A stretch of 64,000 nt of DNA from Stygiobacter sp. (lineage in GTDB: Bacteria > Pseudomonadota > Alphaproteobacteria > Rhodospirillales > Magnetospirillaceae): positions 139,770-203,769 of the forward strand of contig VBWB01000004.1 of the NCBI GenBank assembly GCA_006218045.1, written 5' to 3'. Shown here one piece after another: positions 59,213 through 64,000 of this stretch. The notes below the pieces were generated by a model. It did no database searches. It worked only from the letters and a program-made list of their open reading frames with translations, and was not told the DNA's origin. Position numbers and translations under genes: made by a program. Position 1 is the first letter of the stretch. The number at the start of each line of letters is the position of its first letter.

Positions 59213-60328
59213 GTGGTCTCGGAATATCATTCTTACCTGTCGCCGATCGAAGAGATCATCGAAGAGGCCCGCCAGGGCCGCATGTTCATTCTGGTCGACG
59301 ACGAGGATCGCGAGAACGAGGGCGATCTGGTCATCCCCGCCCAGATGGCCACCCCCGACGCCATCAATTTCATGGCCAGGTTCGGTCGCGGTCTGATCTG
59401 TCTGTCCATGACCCGGGCGCGCTGCGAGGTTCTGGGCCTGAAGCCCATGAGCGCCGATAACGGCACCCGCATGCAGACCGCCTTCACCGTCTCCATCGAG
59501 GCCAAGGAAGGGGTGACCACCGGCATTTCCGCCGCCGACCGGGCGCGCACCGTGCAGGTGGCCATCGACCCGGAAAAGGATGTGGGCGACATCGTCACCC
59601 CCGGCCACGTCTTCCCGCTGATGGCCCGTGACGGCGGCACCCTGGTGCGCGCCGGCCACACCGAGGCGGCGGTGGATATTTCCCGTTTGGCCGGGCTCAA
59701 TCCGTCCGGCGTCATCTGCGAGATCATGAACGACGACGGCACCATGGCGCGCATGCCCGATCTGGTGAAATTCGCCCAGTTCCATGGCCTGAAGATCGCC
59801 ACCATCGCCGATCTGATCGCCTATCGCCGCCGCCATGACAAGATCGTCCGCCGCGAGGTGGAATCCGCTTTCCATTCCACCTGGGGCGGCGACTGGCGCA
59901 TGGTCGTCTATGTCAACCAGGTGGCTTACGCCGAACATATCGCCCTGGTGAAGGGCGAGATTTCCGGCGAAGGCCCGGTGATGGTGCGTGTCCACGCCGT
60001 CAACATCCTTGATGACGTACTGGGTGACCAGGGCTCGGGCAAGGCCGGCCAGCTTCATTCCGCCATGGAAACCATCGCCGCCCATGGCCGTGGCGTGGTT
60101 GTGCTGGTGCGCGAGCCGCGCCCGACCAGCCTGTCGGATCGCATCCGCGCCCAGCTCGATTCCAAGCCGGCCCCGGCGGAATTGCGCGATTACGGTGTCG
60201 GCGCCCAGATTCTGCTGGATTTGGGGGTCGAGGAGATGATCCTGCTGTCCAACACGCAAAAAACCATCATCGGCCTGGAGGGCTTCGGCCTCAAGGTGGT
60301 GGATCAACGCCCCATCGAGGTGAAATAA
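59213..60328 (+). CDS. ribB: DHBP synthase fused to a degenerate GTP cyclohydrolase II domain (RibBA/RibBX)
   Basis: DDEDRENEGDL, PGHVFPL, GHTEA. The C-terminal domain lacks the Zn-binding cysteines. Confidence 0.92.
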   Translation: MVSEYHSYLSPIEEIIEEARQGRMFILVDDEDRENEGDLVIPAQMATPDAINFMARFGRGLICLSMTRARCEVLGLKPMSADNGTRMQTAFTVSIEAKEGVTTGISAADRARTVQVAIDPEKDVGDIVTPGHVFPLMARDGGTLVRAGHTEAAVDISRLAGLNPSGVICEIMNDDGTMARMPDLVKFAQFHGLKIATIADLIAYRRRHDKIVRREVESAFHSTWGGDWRMVVYVNQVAYAEHIALVKGEISGEGPVMVRVHAVNILDDVLGDQGSGKAGQLHSAMETIAAHGRGVVVLVREPRPTSLSDRIRAQLDSKPAPAELRDYGVGAQILLDLGVEEMILLSNTQKTIIGLEGFGLKVVDQRPIEVK

Positions 60329-60331
60329 GCC

Positions 60332-60766
60332 ATGGCCGCCCATATCCTGGTCATCGAGGCCCGTTTCTACGACCATCTGGCCGATATGCTGCTGGCCGGG
60401 GCGGTGCAGGCCCTGAACGAGGCCGGCGCCAGCCATCAGGTGGTGACCATTCCGGGCGTGCTGGAAATTCCGGCGGCGTTGGAATTCATGGTCGCCTCGG
60501 GCAAGCCCTATGACGGCTATGTGGTGTTGGGCACCGCCATTCGCGGCGAGAGCGATCATTACGACCACGTCTGCACCGAATGCATGCGCGGCTGCACCGA
60601 ATTGTCGCTGCGCCATCATTTGGCCCTGGGCAACGGCGTGCTGACCGTTCATAACGAGGCCCAAGCCTTGAAGCGTGCCGATCCCGCCCGCAAGAACATG
60701 GGTGGCCAAGCCGCCCGAGCGGCGTTGCGCATGCTGGACATTAAACGCGAATTGCAACTGAGTTAG
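60332..60766 (+). CDS. ribH: 6,7-dimethyl-8-ribityllumazine synthase
   Basis: ARFY, PGVLEIP, GTAIRGES.HYD.V, NGVLTV. Confidence 0.92.
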   Translation: MAAHILVIEARFYDHLADMLLAGAVQALNEAGASHQVVTIPGVLEIPAALEFMVASGKPYDGYVVLGTAIRGESDHYDHVCTECMRGCTELSLRHHLALGNGVLTVHNEAQALKRADPARKNMGGQAARAALRMLDIKRELQLS

Positions 60767-60778
60767 AGAAGAACCGAA

Positions 60779-61261
60779 TTGCGCAAACCCAATCCCGGCG
60801 CCACCCGCCGTTCCGCCGCCCGTCTGGCGGCAGTGCAGGCGCTGTATTCCATGGAAATCACCGGCGTCAACGCCGAGCAGGCGTTGGAGGAATTCCGTCA
60901 GCGCATGGAGTCCGAACCGCGTGGCAAACTGGCCGAACCCGACATGGATCTGGTGGCGCTGCTGGTGCGCGGCGCCTCGTTCGACGGTGGCGACCTGGAT
61001 GCCCATATCGCCTGCGGTCTGGCCCGCGACTGGACCGTCGACCGCCTGGAATCGGTGCTGCGCGCCATCCTGCGGGCCGGTGCCTACGAGTTGAAGGCCC
61101 GTCAGCAAACCCCGGCCCGCGTCGCCATCACCGAATATGTGGACGTGGCCCATGCTTTTTATTCCGGTCCCGAACCGGGCTTGGTCAATGCGGTCATGGA
61201 CCGCATGGCCCGGGCACTGCGCCCGGCGGAATTTGAAGGTGGCGGCGCTTCGGCGCCGTAA
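60779..61261 (+). CDS. nusB: Transcription antitermination factor NusB
   Basis: RSAARLAAVQALY, LRAILRAGAYEL, VAITEYVDVA, VNAVMD. Confidence 0.93.
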   Translation: MRKPNPGATRRSAARLAAVQALYSMEITGVNAEQALEEFRQRMESEPRGKLAEPDMDLVALLVRGASFDGGDLDAHIACGLARDWTVDRLESVLRAILRAGAYELKARQQTPARVAITEYVDVAHAFYSGPEPGLVNAVMDRMARALRPAEFEGGGASAP

Positions 61262-61267
61262 CCCCCG

Positions 61268-62281
61268 GTGTCCGGCGCTCCCGACGAATTCGCTCTGATC
61301 GCCGAACTGTTCGCCCCGTTATCGGCATCCTATCCCGGTGCCCTGGGCTTGACCGATGACGCCGCCCTGATGGATGTGCCGCCGGGGCGGCAATTGGTGC
61401 TGACCATGGATTCCATGGTCGCTGGCGTTCATTTCTTCGCCGACGATCCGCCGGACCTGATCGCCCGCAAGCTGATCCGCGTCAATCTGTCGGATCTGTC
61501 GGCAAAGGGTGCCCAGCCTTTCGCCATCATGCTGAGCGCGGCGTTTCCGCACGCCACCCAAGCCGATTGGCTGCGCCGCTTCGCCCACGGGCTGGCCGAG
61601 GATTGCCGCGCCTTCACCGTCGCCCTGATCGGCGGCGACACCGTCTCGACGCCGGGGCCGCTGACCCTGACGTTGACCGCCTTCGGCCATGTGGGGCCGG
61701 GGCAAGCCCTGCTGCGCTCCGGCGCCGTCGCCGGAGACCAGATCTGGCTGAGCGGTACTCTGGGCGACGCCGCCCTTGGCCTGATCGCCCGCCAAGGCGG
61801 ATTGCCGCATCTGTCCATGCCCCACCGCGATCATCTGATCGCCCGCTATCTGCTGCCCGAGCCCCGCGTCGCCATCGGTCCCGGACTGATCGGTGTGGCC
61901 CATGCCGGCATGGATGTGTCCGACGGCCTGATCCAGGATGTGGGGCACATGGCCCGGCAATCGGGCTTGGCGGCGGAAATCCGGGTTGATCTGCTGCCCT
62001 TGTCCGCGCCGGCGCGGGCCGCCCTGGCCGCCGACAATTCCCGTCTTGCCACCATCCTGGGCGGAGGCGATGATTATGAACTGCTGTTTACCGCGCCGCC
62101 TTCCCAGGCCGACGTGGTACACCGCCTTGCCGCCCGTGCCGGCATTGCCTTGACCGTCATCGGCGGCATGGGCGCGGGGCAGGGGGTTCGGGTGGTGGAC
62201 CGGGACGGCAATGCCGTCGCCGTGGCTCATGAGGGCTGGCGGCATTTCACCGATACGGGGGAAGAGCCGTGGTCAGGTTGA
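61268..62281 (+). CDS. thiL: Thiamine-monophosphate kinase
   Basis: DDAAL, GVHF, VNLSDLSAKG, GGDT, DVSDGL..D, GGDDYELLF. Confidence 0.95.
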   Translation: MSGAPDEFALIAELFAPLSASYPGALGLTDDAALMDVPPGRQLVLTMDSMVAGVHFFADDPPDLIARKLIRVNLSDLSAKGAQPFAIMLSAAFPHATQADWLRRFAHGLAEDCRAFTVALIGGDTVSTPGPLTLTLTAFGHVGPGQALLRSGAVAGDQIWLSGTLGDAALGLIARQGGLPHLSMPHRDHLIARYLLPEPRVAIGPGLIGVAHAGMDVSDGLIQDVGHMARQSGLAAEIRVDLLPLSAPARAALAADNSRLATILGGGDDYELLFTAPPSQADVVHRLAARAGIALTVIGGMGAGQGVRVVDRDGNAVAVAHEGWRHFTDTGEEPWSG

Positions 62282-62733
62282 TTTTCATCGTCATCGCTTT
62301 TCTGCTGGTCATGGGCGGACTGGTCGGCGGCCTGTATTTCTGGGGCATCGATCCGCTGGAAAAATTCAACGTCCTGATCGGTAACGCCCCATCGGCTCCG
62401 GGAGAGGCCAAACCCACCATCATTCCGCCATCCTATGTGGAATACGGCCTGCTGGCCGTCCCGGTGATCGAAGATCGCGAAGTGCGCAAGCAAGTCGAGA
62501 TGATCCTGCGGCTCGAAGTTCCGTTCGAGAAGCGTGAAATCGTCGCCCAGAATATCCCGCGGCTACAAAGCGCCTATTTGCAGGATATGATGGAATACCT
62601 GCCCATTCATTTGCGCAATGGCCGTCGACTGGACCCGCCGACGGTCAGCCAGCGTTTGCTGAAGCTGACGGAGAAAACCATAGGCGCCGGCTTTGTTAAG
62701 GCTGTTCTAATAGATCAATCCTCGGTCAAGTAA
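62269..62733 (+). CDS. FliL-like single-pass membrane protein
   Basis: N-terminal TM helix, Pro-rich linker, YV..LAVPVI...LRLEV...PRLQSAYL pattern. Overlaps the thiL stop. Confidence 0.6.
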   Translation: MVRLIFIVIAFLLVMGGLVGGLYFWGIDPLEKFNVLIGNAPSAPGEAKPTIIPPSYVEYGLLAVPVIEDREVRKQVEMILRLEVPFEKREIVAQNIPRLQSAYLQDMMEYLPIHLRNGRRLDPPTVSQRLLKLTEKTIGAGFVKAVLIDQSSVK

Positions 62734-62997
62734 TGCTGCATCGCAATATTGCTTGAATTCGGCTGCATGTTTCAGCGGGATTACAGGGTTTGTTGTTGGA
62801 ATCATCCCAAAATCCCGCGGGATTGGGCAATCTATTTCTAAAATCCGGTGATCCACCCCTAGACCCCGTTGCCAACCCCTAGTTTATCTGGCAGCGTTTG
62901 ATGACCTTGCGTCGTCCTCCTTTCGGCCATTAGCAACCGCCGCAAGCGTTCAAGGGCGTCGAAGTCATTTAACGCAGGCTAAGGGGATCGAACCAAC

Positions 62998-64000
<1,003 letters not shown>

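Overview
A GC-rich alphaproteobacterial chromosome segment, inferred from gene content and synteny to be Rhodospirillaceae/Magnetospirillum-like. It is mostly core genome. It carries rimO, pal, sodB, the hopanoid-precursor genes hpnCDE, the rpsB-tsf-pyrH-frr-uppS-cdsA-dxr-rseP-bamA-skp-lpxD-fabZ-lpxA-lpxI-lpxB-gloA cluster, argE, a type I secretion operon with two ABC genes, recG-sdhE-mfd, an RND efflux pair, mucR, rpiB-glyA-nrdR-ribD-ribE-ribB-ribH-nusB-thiL and the start of hppA. I found no prophage, transposase, CRISPR array, tRNA or rRNA. The best leads are: (1) a catalytically dead PleD paralogue that keeps its c-di-GMP I-site, a PopA-like candidate effector; (2) two copies of a ~110-bp MITE-like palindromic element, one running exactly from stop codon to stop codon between convergent genes; (3) a 53-aa two-helix membrane protein missed by the ORF track, overlapping the end of the RND pump gene; (4) the orphan two-ABC secretion system, whose upstream neighbour argE has an AT-rich 5' half; (5) a probable ATT start codon in rimO; and several operator-like dyads (Irr/ICE, Fnr, TetR-type). 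All family assignments come from motif recognition by eye, with no database searches.
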